DNA of 64,000 nucleotides from positions 1 to 64,000 of IMG/VR virus record IMGVR_UViG_3300025930_000008. The stretch is one strand, 5' to 3'. The DNA comes from a virus. Below are positions 46,287 to 56,876 of this stretch, piece after piece (position 1 is the first letter of the stretch; the number at the start of each line of letters is the position of its first letter). The position numbers and the translations under genes are program-made. Under the pieces are notes generated by a model. It saw nothing but the letters and a program-made list of their open reading frames with translations, ran no database searches and was not told the DNA's origin.

Positions 46287-46427
46287 GCAGCAGGCTCCCT
46301 CATGGGGCGTACCTCCCATAGACACTACCCGACAGGTTCCCGCCTGTCAAGGCGAGGGAACCTGCGTGCTTAATCCCCGTGGGTACGCACGGATTAGGTA
46401 CTGCGATGGCCCCTGACTGATGGGCAG

Positions 46428-46499
46428 AGCCGTCACCGGGAATCGAACCCGGCTTACTAACTTACCAAGCTAGGGTAATATCCGATATACTATGACGGC
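46428..46499 (-). tRNA. tRNA-Thr(GGT)
   Basis: loop TTGGTAA. Confidence 0.85.
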
Positions 46500-46502
46500 T
46501 TA

Positions 46503-46576
<74 letters not shown>

Positions 46577-46715
46577 TTACAAATGACTGAATACATAAGT
46601 CACAGCAGAGATACCATGACTAATGAAACTCATGATACCGGTGGCAGCAGCCACCTTGAGGTACCACAATTCCTTACGGCTGAGCGTAACCTTTTCCTCA
46701 GCCTTCTTTATGGCT

Positions 46716-47066
46716 TTAAGTTTCGCTTCTTCCTTGTCCATTGAGCGCCTTGCTTTGACGCCGCTTATACCCAAAGATCAAGTAGAGCGCGACATTCCCT
46801 GCGATGAATCCCACCGCATTCAGCGGGATATAGTAGGAAAACCCTGTGTCAAGTCTCTCAACGTTGTTAGTCAACGCTGACGTGGCTAAGAGCAGATACG
46901 AAACGGCAATGAGTACAACATGGAGCGGCAGCAGAGCTACATATCCTCCCTGCTTGCGCAGTTTGAGGTAGCTCTGGGTATATACCACCACAATCAGCAC
47001 CACAAACGACACAATGCCTCCGTACAGAAAGATATTCAAGTATCGGAGGCCATCCAAAATGCTCAT
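46716..47066 (-). CDS. 3-TM membrane protein
   Basis: three hydrophobic segments. Confidence 0.6.
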   Translation of the reverse strand: MSILDGLRYLNIFLYGGIVSFVVLIVVVYTQSYLKLRKQGGYVALLPLHVVLIAVSYLLLATSALTNNVERLDTGFSYYIPLNAVGFIAGNVALYLIFGYKRRQSKALNGQGRSET

Positions 47067-47080
47067 GCTCTATTACCTAG

Positions 47081-47151
47081 CGGGGGATCGAGGATTTGAA
47101 CCCCGAAGTTCGGGTTTGGAGGCCGACAGTTTACCATTAGCTTAATCCCCC
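47081..47151 (-). tRNA. tRNA-Trp(CCA)
   Basis: loop CTCCAAA. Confidence 0.9.
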
Positions 47152-47452
47152 AGGAGCGCACGGAGGGAGCGCGAGATTCTCTCACCCCTCGGTTATGTGA
47201 ACAGACTTGTCATACGCCGACTTCACGCGGGCGGATTCTAACCATAGACCCTAAGGCGTATAGTTCATATGTGACTATACCGCGAAGGGACTCCGTTTCC
47301 ATCGAATACTCCTGAACGCATGGTGCCATCTGAAACAATCGTCATTGCCACGCCGCTTTTCGCTACTTGTATACTGCCCTCCGGGGATCAATCCATCCAG
47401 ACGCATACGTTTGCTCGCTACAGCCGTGCGCATGTATTGAGCAATGACGAAG

Positions 47453-47534
47453 TACGCCCGGAGGGACTTGAACCCCCACACCTTTCGGCATCAGGACCTA
47501 AACCTGACGTGTCTACCGATTCCACCACGGGCGC
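47453..47534 (-). tRNA. tRNA-Leu(TAG)
   Basis: loop TTTAGGT. Confidence 0.9.
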
Positions 47535-47668
47535 TAGTACCGATAACGTTCAAGGAAGGGCTGTTATCGGTGTTATCGTGCGACTGCCATTGGACCATAT
47601 TCATAGTCGAGAGCCTTGCGCCGCTGCATGATACCCCGGATTCCCGTCCGGCATATTCATGCCTGATA

Positions 47669-47751
47669 TGCGATCAGTGAGAGTCGAACTCACACGCCTG
47701 TTAGGGCACTGACCCCTCAAGCCAGCGTGTCTACCATTTCACCATGATCGC
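47669..47751 (-). tRNA. tRNA-Leu(GAG)
   Basis: loop TTGAGGG. Confidence 0.9.
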
Positions 47752-47765
47752 TAAAGATTTTGAAA

Positions 47766-47847
47766 TGGCGGGAGTAGGATTCGAACCTACGAAGGCATAG
47801 CCGTCTGATTTACAGTCAGATGCGTTTGACCGCTCCGCAACCCCGCC
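47766..47847 (-). tRNA. tRNA-Tyr(GTA)
   Basis: loop CTGTAAA. Confidence 0.95.
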
Positions 47848-48007
47848 GAATAAACACTTGGGCACCTAGATTGGGTGCGACCCTTCTCTTTCAAGTCAAC
47901 TTCCTCCTGCCTAGCCTTATCCGGGCAGATGGTTCGCCGTATCTACGGCTGATCTAGGAGTTGGCTCCCAAGCTATGTAGTTTTTGTCAGTCTACCAGAC
48001 TGTCAAG

Positions 48008-48080
48008 CGCCCCCGCCCGGATTTGAACCGGGAACCTGCGGTTTAGAAGGCCGCTGCGCTATCCGTTGCGCCACAGGGGC
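48008..48080 (-). tRNA. tRNA-Arg(TCT)
   Basis: loop CTTCTAA. Confidence 0.9.
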
Positions 48081-48081
48081 A

Positions 48082-48264
48082 TAAAAAAGGCGACCCTCTT
48101 TGGTCGCCCCCGTCTTACACCTATCGTATGGGTAGACGAGAGCTAGACCAGGGGCTTACGACCTCCGATAAAGGCGTCCCAATTCTGATGTTCGGTCGAA
48201 TATCTCATACTCGTCTGATTCTTAGTGCAGGCGGGGCACCCGTTTTATAGGTCCCCGCGATGGT
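48082..48264 (-). ncRNA. unassigned ncRNA candidate (~180 nt) ending in an intrinsic terminator
   Basis: promoter TTGACT-N16-TATCGT; AGACGAG/CTCGTCT stem; terminator GGCGACC-AAAGAG-GGTCGCC-TTTTTT. Confidence 0.5.
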
Positions 48265-48457
48265 CGTTTCACGATAGCAGATGGTCCGGTGGAGTCAAGA
48301 GCGCCAACGCGCCAAGACGGATCGGGGCACCTTCACCTTTGGCGAATGACCCTCAGGCCGATCACAAGGATAGCCGTCACCACCATTGCCGGGTGCCCAC
48401 CAGACCACCCCATCCCACTTCACGCGATAGATACAGTATCTACAATCAGCACTGAAT

Positions 48458-50158
48458 CTATATACCGCAGGCTCCACCGACGCAGCGTTCTTCCGACTCT
48501 TCAAAGACCACGCCTTCCTGTTCACGCGCGACATTATAGCCGACCGCGCTCAAGGGCTGTCCGCCCCGCGCCCCGTCAGGATAGCAGGTCACGCCGCGAA
48601 GTCTAGGGAGATAATCATACAACATCTTCCCAAAGTCCTCAACTTCATCCGGGTCTGTGATTACATACGGGAGGTTGATCGTGGAGGATATTCCGTGATC
48701 GACGTACTGCTGTACGAAGGCTTGAAACGCAATCCTTTTTTCCACATTGTATGAGAGCGAGTACGCATCTTCAATCTGGTCTGGCGCCACTCCATACTCG
48801 TCAACCAATCTCTTTGCGGTGGGATCAACGACGTACTGGTACTTCCATGTTTTGCCTGACGCCAGGTATCGACGTTTGTACGCCACACAGAAGATCGGTT
48901 CAATGCCAGTAGTTGTTTCAGCGATAATCCCGATTGTGCCTGTTGGAGCAATTGCTCTAGTCTTTGCAGGCCGAGTAAGGTTATGGCGATCTGCCCAATA
49001 GTGAGCGTACTCTGTCGCCTTTGTGTAGTATTCCAACCACTCTGCCAACTCTTCGTTTGGCTCATATGAATAACCTCGCTTGAGCAACCACTCATGAATT
49101 CCCATCAGGCCAAGGCCAAGACGCCTGTTCTTCTGACGAACAGCGTCAACCTTTTCGTAAGGGACATGACTATAAACCGTGCCTGCTAATAGGAAAAGAG
49201 TCGCATGGAATACAGCATCACCAAAGTCATCTAGGCTATCAAACCGTGCTAGATTTAGACTACCTAAATTACAAATGTCTGAATCATCTGTAGAGGTAAC
49301 CTCCGTGCAAGCGTTGCGTAGAGTTTCACCTGCGTTCTCCCCTGTGTCAATAGAGAACCCTGGCTCTGCCGTCTTGAGCATTCGCTTGACCGTAGACGAA
49401 TAAACATGCACTGCCTGGTCATGTAGCTCATGCCAGTCGTTCTCGTATGCTACAAAAAATTCATCGTCTAGAATAATGGATACATTAGTCATATCCAACG
49501 TGGCCGGGAAGTTGAAATCCTTCTCTTTGAGGGCGCGTACCTCTGCGGGCCAGTCCTTAACGCGAATAAACTTAATAGCATCAGGATGGGACCACTTAAG
49601 GCCAGCCCAAATAGCAGAACGACGACTACCACCCTGCATGATATGACGGCCACACTCATTGACCATTTCCATCAACGAAATAGGACCGGAAGCGAATCCA
49701 CCAGTGCGCTTGATAGGTTCACCCTCTGCACGCACATCAGAATAGTCTATACCGATACCGGCACCTGTCATCAGCGCCATAGACGCCCGGTAGAGTAGGT
49801 CAGACCATTCCTCGCGTGAGTCGCCAGCCTTTAACAACAAACAGTTCTGCGTCTGGTGTAGGTCACGACCTGAGGCGTACAGGTAACGACCACCCGGCAT
49901 GAACTGCCTGTTCGTAATAAGATTCAATACTCGCTGATACTCAGGAGTTGTATGGTCATAATCCAGGGCACCCAAAACATGCTTAGTAACACGCTCTGCT
50001 GTGTCCTCCCACGACTCCACTGGATTGCCGTTTTCGTCCTTCCAAGCGTACTTCTGTTCGTAAATAGATGATGCGAATGGACTCATGTCTACTTCCCGTA
50101 GTTCCTTGACTGTTACGGGAAGTGAGTCCCTCTCTGCTAGTGCCACTGTCGGTTGCAT
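48458..50158 (-). CDS. nrdJ: class II (adenosylcobalamin) ribonucleotide reductase
   Basis: FMPGGR, NCLLL, GGSRRSA, NACTE, CNLGSLNL, APTGT. Confidence 0.9.
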   Translation of the reverse strand: MQPTVALAERDSLPVTVKELREVDMSPFASSIYEQKYAWKDENGNPVESWEDTAERVTKHVLGALDYDHTTPEYQRVLNLITNRQFMPGGRYLYASGRDLHQTQNCLLLKAGDSREEWSDLLYRASMALMTGAGIGIDYSDVRAEGEPIKRTGGFASGPISLMEMVNECGRHIMQGGSRRSAIWAGLKWSHPDAIKFIRVKDWPAEVRALKEKDFNFPATLDMTNVSIILDDEFFVAYENDWHELHDQAVHVYSSTVKRMLKTAEPGFSIDTGENAGETLRNACTEVTSTDDSDICNLGSLNLARFDSLDDFGDAVFHATLFLLAGTVYSHVPYEKVDAVRQKNRRLGLGLMGIHEWLLKRGYSYEPNEELAEWLEYYTKATEYAHYWADRHNLTRPAKTRAIAPTGTIGIIAETTTGIEPIFCVAYKRRYLASGKTWKYQYVVDPTAKRLVDEYGVAPDQIEDAYSLSYNVEKRIAFQAFVQQYVDHGISSTINLPYVITDPDEVEDFGKMLYDYLPRLRGVTCYPDGARGGQPLSAVGYNVAREQEGVVFEESEERCVGGACGI

Positions 50159-50319
50159 TCCCTTTGTGTTTTAGTCCGTAGACCTTACACGTCGCCCCGG
50201 ATACGCATGAAGTGGCAAGCCAGCCATCCAACCTGGGCGTCTGATATCGCGCGCCCACTGGAGCCTTAAGGGTTAACAGGAGAAAGAAAAAGACCCTCTG
50301 CTCATATATAAATTTTGTA

Positions 50320-50637
50320 ATGAACCTACTACTAGACAACCCACAGCTTTGGGTTCTTCTAATTGGAAGTATTGTACCATTAGGAGGGTATCTTCTTAAC
50401 AAGGTAGGTCCGTGGGTGGACGAAAGTACAAAAGCTTTTGTTCAGGTACTATTAGCGGCAGTAGCTGCTGCTCTATACACGGCTCTTGATACGGATGTAT
50501 TTGGTTGGAATGACGACACACTACAGTTAGTCCTAACTGGTATAGTTTCTATGTTAGCAGCCCATAAGCTACTATGGAAGCCTGCTAGGGTAAATGAACG
50601 TCTTGGAGCTATAGAGGACGTACCTGAGGGTAAGTAA
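50320..50637 (+). CDS. holin-like 3-TM protein
   Basis: three TM segments, charged C-terminus, downstream hairpin. Confidence 0.55.
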   Translation: MNLLLDNPQLWVLLIGSIVPLGGYLLNKVGPWVDESTKAFVQVLLAAVAAALYTALDTDVFGWNDDTLQLVLTGIVSMLAAHKLLWKPARVNERLGAIEDVPEGK

Positions 50638-50741
50638 CCCAGCGCGCAGGCGAGTAAACGTGCGAGGCCCGCTCTAATCGGCGGGTCTTGCTCGTTCTAG
50701 GCAACATTTCCTTGGACCTGGGCGTTTGAAATCATGAACGG

Positions 50742-51062
50742 ATGACCCAAATCGTTGCTCGCCAACAGTGCCGCTCACTTGACGGCTGGTATCCTTACAA
50801 GGCTCAGTCCTCAGCCGATGAGGACGCACATTACGTTGTCCATGTGAACCCTTGGGCTAATCGTAGTGAACAACATGTATGTGAATGTAAGGGTTACCAG
50901 TATCGTGGCCGCTGTCGGCATCAAAAGGAAGCTCACCTAGATCATTGCGGCTGGAATGAAGTGGATAGTGAGATTCAACAGACTCCTGAGGAAGCAAAGA
51001 ATCGTATCTGTCCTGAGTGTGGTGGTCCAACCCACTATGCAATGTGGGAAGTAGATGAATGA
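50742..51062 (+). CDS. SWIM Zn-finger protein
   Basis: CECKGYQYRGRCRH; CPEC. Confidence 0.7.
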   Translation: MTQIVARQQCRSLDGWYPYKAQSSADEDAHYVVHVNPWANRSEQHVCECKGYQYRGRCRHQKEAHLDHCGWNEVDSEIQQTPEEAKNRICPECGGPTHYAMWEVDE

Positions 51063-51609
51063 AGAGACTAAACAACTAGGTGAGGCGTACCGTCAGTGGA
51101 AAGATGCTGAGAAATCTAAGAACGTGGCTAGAGACAAGTTCTTCCGGGCGGTCACTGAGGAATTGGAGCAGGAGATTCCGCCACAGGTGGTTGAGCGCGT
51201 CGAAGCCAGCGATGATGAGCAGGCGTTACGTATTGCTCAGCGTCGGTTTGTTCGTCACCGCGTTGTTGATGTGGCTCGCGTTAGTGATACGGAATACGAC
51301 GTTATCCTAGAGGAAGATGCAAGCCTCCGTCCGTATTCTTATATTAACCGGGATGATGGAACAGTATACCGACGCATCATATCTGAGGGAACGCCGATTC
51401 TTGATGATGAGGCATTACGCGATGAGTCACCCGAGCTTTGGGAGGCTATCACTGAGGAAGTGGTTGAAAGGAAACTCAAACCCTTGGATAAGCTAACCCC
51501 TGAGGAAACAGAGGCGTTGCGGCCCTACATAGCCATGCCCAAGCCACAGGTAAAGTTAGGTGCCCCCCGAAAGGCTACGCAAGAGGAACTAGATGGAGCA
51601 GAAGAGTAA
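51055..51609 (+). CDS. hypothetical protein
   Basis: 184 aa ORF. Confidence 0.65.
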   Translation: MNEETKQLGEAYRQWKDAEKSKNVARDKFFRAVTEELEQEIPPQVVERVEASDDEQALRIAQRRFVRHRVVDVARVSDTEYDVILEEDASLRPYSYINRDDGTVYRRIISEGTPILDDEALRDESPELWEAITEEVVERKLKPLDKLTPEETEALRPYIAMPKPQVKLGAPRKATQEELDGAEE

Positions 51610-51693
51610 GTTCGTTGCTGGTATCACTTGTGGAAGGCTCAGATTCCGGGAGCCAATCATTTCTATACCAGCAGACGAGATTGAGCAATTGAT

Positions 51694-52032
51694 ATGCGAA
51701 CTACAACAGACCCAAAAAACTTCCGATTCCACTTCACGGTAACGGACCTTGCACGATTTCTCGGTAAATCTCCCGTCACGCTTCGGCATTGGGAACGGCA
51801 AGGTCTTGTGGTATTTCCAAGGGACACAAACGGGGACCGTAAGCTGTCAACTCAAGATGTTAGATATATGGCACGAATTGCCGCGAACCTGGGTCGTATC
51901 ACAGAGGAACGTAAGAACTTGGTTGAAGCAACCATCACAATGTTGCAGTTAGTTGAACAGGAGAATGATGATAAAGGTAGCATTATTGGGAGCGCCGTCG
52001 TCGGGCAAAACGGACACGGCACAGGACATTAG
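51694..52032 (+). CDS. MerR-type HTH protein
   Basis: TVTDLARFLGKSPVTLRHWERQG...RDTNGDR. Confidence 0.8.
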   Translation: MRTTTDPKNFRFHFTVTDLARFLGKSPVTLRHWERQGLVVFPRDTNGDRKLSTQDVRYMARIAANLGRITEERKNLVEATITMLQLVEQENDDKGSIIGSAVVGQNGHGTGH

Positions 52033-52564
52033 TAATGGATTGCACGACCGCACCGTCAGCATATGCGACGAGTACGTTGCCGACATTGAAGAACGCTCAG
52101 ACAATACTCTCGGACACTTTGCCACTTATCTGGGAAACCTACAGGTGGGCATCGGACGTTGGGAACGCGAGCGTCAATTGGTACGCGACTTCAAGCCTGA
52201 CATTCTTATCACTTGCGGAACCGTGGTGGAGACTGTCGTCTACGAAGCGCTGAACGCGCTCACGATGGCAAGCCTCAATGGCGACTCTCTCACGCTCCGC
52301 GAGGTACAGAATAACAAGCGCGCGTCGGTAACCCTGACCGCGTTGAGTATCATAGCCCATGACACCTGGGACTATGACTATGCGTATTATCTACCGTTAG
52401 TAGACTGTGATGACCAACGTCATCAGGCAGTAGATAAACACATTCTAGAATCAGCAAGCGCTCTGGAAGTACCAGTCAAGCAAGTAGACCAGGCAGCAGT
52501 AGCTACCATAGTACAGGATATTATCGCGCATGAGCAAGCTGAAACTCCCGCATCTGACCAGTAG
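51965..52564 (+). CDS. P-loop kinase/ATPase (AAA_28/NadR-like)
   Basis: KVALLGAPSSGKT. Confidence 0.65.
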   Translation: MMIKVALLGAPSSGKTDTAQDISNGLHDRTVSICDEYVADIEERSDNTLGHFATYLGNLQVGIGRWERERQLVRDFKPDILITCGTVVETVVYEALNALTMASLNGDSLTLREVQNNKRASVTLTALSIIAHDTWDYDYAYYLPLVDCDDQRHQAVDKHILESASALEVPVKQVDQAAVATIVQDIIAHEQAETPASDQ

Positions 52565-53327
52565 CCAGTTTGCGGAGATAGAACAGCGAGCGAGGCTGTC
52601 GGGTATTCACCCGGATACGTGCCCAACGTGCGGGTCAGTCGCAGACGAGTGGGGCGAGCGCGAAAACGGAGTTTTCACGTTCAATGATGTCACTCAAAAG
52701 TGCGACTGTCAAGACCAGATCATGCTTCGTAAGCATTATCTACTGGCGAACATACCCGATCAGTACATGCGCCTGGATTGGGAGCGAGACTATAAGGGCG
52801 ATGCTAATGCGAAGATCGCCGTGGATAGTTTCCTATCCAACTGGCCTCAGTACAAGCTGTACGGTATGGGCCTAGAGCTAGGTGGCCCACTCGGCGTAGG
52901 TAAGACGTTCGCCGCCACAACTATAGCGCGCGAGTTGGTAAAGCGTGGTGAAGATGTTTTCTTCTTACCTTTCAACCAGATGCTTTACGCGATACGACAC
53001 GACGAACGAGCCGTACTAGCCAGGATGAATGAATCGAATGTTCTGGTATTGGATGAGATACAGGCTCCACCCAACGATTCACTACGGAACGTGATGGAAA
53101 ACCATTTTGAATCAGTCGTTCGAAATCGGACAAACTACAATGGGGTAACCATTTTGACAACAAATCTTTCCGAGAAGGATATGCAGGTCCATTACTCCCG
53201 TTCATACAGTCTATTAGCGGCGAAAGAAGTGCGGGTTGAAATATCTGGTGATGATGTGCGGAAGCGTGCAATAGGACAAGAGAATCTTGCTCGACTACTG
53301 AGCGGTCAACAGGCCCCGATTTCATGA
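52530..53327 (+). CDS. DnaC/IstB-like helicase loader ATPase
   Basis: GPLGVGKT, LVLDE, TILTTNL. Confidence 0.85.
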   Translation: MSKLKLPHLTSSQFAEIEQRARLSGIHPDTCPTCGSVADEWGERENGVFTFNDVTQKCDCQDQIMLRKHYLLANIPDQYMRLDWERDYKGDANAKIAVDSFLSNWPQYKLYGMGLELGGPLGVGKTFAATTIARELVKRGEDVFFLPFNQMLYAIRHDERAVLARMNESNVLVLDEIQAPPNDSLRNVMENHFESVVRNRTNYNGVTILTTNLSEKDMQVHYSRSYSLLAAKEVRVEISGDDVRKRAIGQENLARLLSGQQAPIS

Positions 53328-54556
53328 CTGTTCTAGACCTTGATTTGGAGTTGATGTTCCATCTTACGGACCCAGCGTCGTGGCAGGTCATCCGTGATGA
53401 GCATTTTAATCCCGTACTGCTTGAAGATAATCTCGTTGCATCGGTCTATGAATTCTGCCGTACTCATTTCAATGAACAGGGGGCCTTGCCGAATGCGCTC
53501 GTCATCGAGGAAGAATTTAAGAGTCACGGTGTAACTCTTGAGCCATCCAAGGTGGCTATTGGGGATTTGATTCAACGCCTGCGCAATCGCTACGCTACTA
53601 ATCAGGGTAGACATGCCATCTTGGATATTACGAACAAGACGATCAATGACCCAACTCAACTCGCTAAGGCTATGTTGGAGGAAGGGAATCGCCTCCACCG
53701 ATTGCTTACCCCACGGGGTAAGGCGTTCAACGCCGATGACTACGGCAAAGCCATAGAACGCTATCACAAAAGTGTCGTGGCTGGGCGAGGACCATCGTTG
53801 GGGTTCGTTGAACTGGACGATTACTTCTACGGACAACGTGGCCTCACTTTCATGGTTGGTGCGCCTAAGTCATTCAAGTCGTGGTTCACTGTCAAGGCTG
53901 TGTTAGAGAATGTCAAGAACGGTGGCAGTCCATACCTCTACAGCCTTGAGCTACCGGCTGAGGAAACGGATATGCGGCTGCGGTGTCTCGCGGCAGATGT
54001 ACCTTACTGGAAGTACCTACAGCATCAGCTAGACAAGCAAGACATTCAGGCTATTGAGGAGCACTCAGAGATACTAGCAGGCTTCGGCAACGTCACTATT
54101 GATAAGCCACAACAGGGTGACCGCTCCGTGGACAGTATCATTGGCCGTGCCCGTGATGCTGGTGCTGACTGTATCTTTGTCGATCAGTTGCAGTATGTTG
54201 AAAACCGCAAGGGGATCGCTGTTGGTGCGACTAATGACACCAAAGATTATTTCGAAGTCATCAATGACCTCAGAGATTTCTCCGACGATGGTCCCATCTG
54301 GTGTGTCCATCAGTTCAATCGCTCCGTCCTGAACTCTGACTCGATGCCCGAAATGCAGCAGATCAAAGGGTCTGCCGCCGTGGAGGAATGCTCAACTCTA
54401 GCACTTGGCCTCTGGTCTAACAAGGAAATGCGCAAATCGAATCTCCTGCACCTAGGAGTGCTTACCGCCCGCAACTTTGGATACAAGACCTGGGAGGCTC
54501 AGGTTAGAATGCGTACTGGTTGTAACATCAATGTCATTGGCGAGGTAACAGAATGA
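53324..54556 (+). CDS. dnaB: DnaB-like replicative helicase
   Basis: GAPKSFKS, SLEL, IFVDQLQ, QFNR. Confidence 0.85.
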   Translation: MTVLDLDLELMFHLTDPASWQVIRDEHFNPVLLEDNLVASVYEFCRTHFNEQGALPNALVIEEEFKSHGVTLEPSKVAIGDLIQRLRNRYATNQGRHAILDITNKTINDPTQLAKAMLEEGNRLHRLLTPRGKAFNADDYGKAIERYHKSVVAGRGPSLGFVELDDYFYGQRGLTFMVGAPKSFKSWFTVKAVLENVKNGGSPYLYSLELPAEETDMRLRCLAADVPYWKYLQHQLDKQDIQAIEEHSEILAGFGNVTIDKPQQGDRSVDSIIGRARDAGADCIFVDQLQYVENRKGIAVGATNDTKDYFEVINDLRDFSDDGPIWCVHQFNRSVLNSDSMPEMQQIKGSAAVEECSTLALGLWSNKEMRKSNLLHLGVLTARNFGYKTWEAQVRMRTGCNINVIGEVTE

Positions 54557-55077
54557 TCTACGGCGACTCAATAGAACTAATGCGTATGATGGACGTAGGT
54601 AGTGTGGACTTTGTGTTAGCTGATCCACCATACAGTGACCATGAAACTATTGACCTGGGTATCTACTATGCCCGCGCCATCTGTAAGGGACCATCACTGT
54701 TCTTTATGTATCCTGAGGACTTGTGTCGCCTAGAGGAACCACCCGATCAGGTCATCCACTGGATCAAGCCACCTAGTACCAAGAATACAGTGCGTAGATA
54801 CTCACGCTTTGTTGAGGCTATCGCATGTTATGACCTAGATCAGAGTCCGTTCAATCAGGACACGCATTGGACGACCCGGACAGGCGTGTTCAATGACAGT
54901 TTCGCTGCCAAGCAAGTCCATCCTTTTGAGAAGCCAGCCAGCCTACTTGAAAAGCTACTGGTTGTCCACTCTAAGCCAGGGGACTTGGTTCTCGATCCTT
55001 TTGCCGGATCCGGTTCGGTTGAAAAGGTCTGTAATCGCATCGGTCGTAAATGTCTATCCATTGAAATCAAACCATGA
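54553..55077 (+). CDS. DNA N6-A/N4-C methyltransferase
   Basis: DPPY; HPFEKP; VLDPFAGSGS. Confidence 0.85.
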   Translation: MIYGDSIELMRMMDVGSVDFVLADPPYSDHETIDLGIYYARAICKGPSLFFMYPEDLCRLEEPPDQVIHWIKPPSTKNTVRRYSRFVEAIACYDLDQSPFNQDTHWTTRTGVFNDSFAAKQVHPFEKPASLLEKLLVVHSKPGDLVLDPFAGSGSVEKVCNRIGRKCLSIEIKP

Positions 55078-55751
55078 GTCAGTATGTAGTATTCCATCCG
55101 TATGGCACTGTTGATCTAGAGGCTTCGCATGCCTCAGATTTATCAGTGGTCAACGCTGCCCGCGTATCTTTTGCCAAACACAGCCGTTTCTACTCGGACA
55201 CCGACGCTAGGGTCCTACGGTTCTTGATGAAGGAAAAGCACGGTACGCCCTTTGAGCATAATTATTTCAGATGGCGTGTACGTGCGCCTATGATTGTTTT
55301 CTGGGAGTGGGTACGGCATCGTATGGCCTCCTACAACGTGGAATCAGCACGGTATGTGGAAATGCGTCCGCACTTTTACTATCCAGATGAGGCGCGTATT
55401 CAAAAGGGCAGGCCAGGAGACTACTGGTTTGAGTCAGGGACAGGAGAGCAGACCAAATGGTTACAGAAGGAACTATCAGAGCATTCGCAACAGGGGTTCG
55501 ACCTCTACCTAGAAGCAATCGACCGGGGAATTGCCAAAGAGCAGGCCCGTCTGTTCGTGCCTCCAAATCTCTACGTAGAGTTTTATTTCTCCTGCAACGC
55601 CCGCAGCCTCATGAACTTCCTGTCCCTGCGTAATGACACTCATGCTATGTATGAGATACGCAAGTATGCTATCGCTCTAGAGTATCTATGGGGCGAGATA
55701 ATGCCAGACACTAAGAAGGCATTCGTAGAACATGGTCGCATTGCACCTTAA
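55074..55751 (+). CDS. thyX: flavin-dependent thymidylate synthase
   Basis: AARVS, HGTPFEH, RHRx7SARY, HAMYEIR. Confidence 0.95.
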   Translation: MSQYVVFHPYGTVDLEASHASDLSVVNAARVSFAKHSRFYSDTDARVLRFLMKEKHGTPFEHNYFRWRVRAPMIVFWEWVRHRMASYNVESARYVEMRPHFYYPDEARIQKGRPGDYWFESGTGEQTKWLQKELSEHSQQGFDLYLEAIDRGIAKEQARLFVPPNLYVEFYFSCNARSLMNFLSLRNDTHAMYEIRKYAIALEYLWGEIMPDTKKAFVEHGRIAP

Positions 55752-56736
55752 ATGGGATGACATATACCCTCGTATAGATTGGGAGAAACTATACGATGAA
55801 CTTGGATGGGAGCCAATCTACACCCGAGGGGACGAAGATAAGGGGTACTGTCTCATGCCCCAAAACCATACCCACGGAGACTCCACGGGAAAACTGGCTA
55901 TCAACCGAGCGAAGGGACTCTACAATTGTTGGGTATGTGGTGGAGGCACTGTGGTACAGCTTGTCAGTGCTGTACGTTCTCTATCTGCTCAAGATAGTTT
56001 GAAGTACCTTTCACAGTTTGTTGATTCAAGCACTAAAGAGTCAACAGATGAATTCACGACTCGCGTCGCAAGACTATTGGCGAAGGAAACGGAATCACCA
56101 CGCCGCGTGTCGCCGCCGGTATTCAACCCTAACGTACTCAAAGACTGGCAAACGCCCCATGAGTGGTTTGATTCCCGACATATTCGTGATGGAGTACGTC
56201 AAAGTTTCCAAGCGGGGTTTGACCCTGTGGCTAGACGGTACTCCCCGGAACACGGAACATACGAAGGTCCGGGAATCATACTTCCCCATTTTTGGGGTGG
56301 CTCATTGGTTGGATGGCAAACTAGATGGCTGGACGGTAAGCCCAAGTGGCTCCCTAAGTACACGAACACTACTGATTTTCCACGCGAGACAACTTTATGG
56401 GGATACGATAGTGCAGCAACATCTGAACATGCGCCGGTTATTGTGGAGTCCGTCCCAACAGCCCTCTACCTAATCTCCGAGGGTTACCCGGCAATTGCGA
56501 CGTTCGGAGCGCAGATCACAGAGGCCCAACTGCGCCATTTGAGACAATTTCAACAGGGCGTAATTCTCGCCCCGGACAACGACTCTGCTGGTAGAAAGTG
56601 GCTCGATACGACCACTAAATACTTGGAGAGATTTATTCCTGTCAATAGCGTAGGCCCCGTCGAAGGTGAAGGCGCGGACCTAGGTGACTTACAACCAACT
56701 CAATTACAATGGCATTTAGAAAATACCAAAAAGTAG
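55732..56736 (+). CDS. dnaG: DNA primase (Zn finger + TOPRIM)
   Basis: C..H.D...CWVC; PKY; IVES; PDNDSAG. Confidence 0.85.
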   Translation: MVALHLKWDDIYPRIDWEKLYDELGWEPIYTRGDEDKGYCLMPQNHTHGDSTGKLAINRAKGLYNCWVCGGGTVVQLVSAVRSLSAQDSLKYLSQFVDSSTKESTDEFTTRVARLLAKETESPRRVSPPVFNPNVLKDWQTPHEWFDSRHIRDGVRQSFQAGFDPVARRYSPEHGTYEGPGIILPHFWGGSLVGWQTRWLDGKPKWLPKYTNTTDFPRETTLWGYDSAATSEHAPVIVESVPTALYLISEGYPAIATFGAQITEAQLRHLRQFQQGVILAPDNDSAGRKWLDTTTKYLERFIPVNSVGPVEGEGADLGDLQPTQLQWHLENTKK

Positions 56737-56876
56737 AAAAGCACGATGTCGTGAGTCCTGAGGGCCACGACGCAATTGCGGACGAACTCCGTAAAACCGG
56801 CAAGACAAGCGTGTCGGAAATGACCTCTGCTGAGAAAGAGCAGACTATCAAGCGTCTGGACAACGATGAGAGTTAG
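56709..56876 (+). CDS. small hypothetical protein (55 aa)
   Basis: MAFRKYQKVEKHDVVS... Confidence 0.5.
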   Translation: MAFRKYQKVEKHDVVSPEGHDAIADELRKTGKTSVSEMTSAEKEQTIKRLDNDES

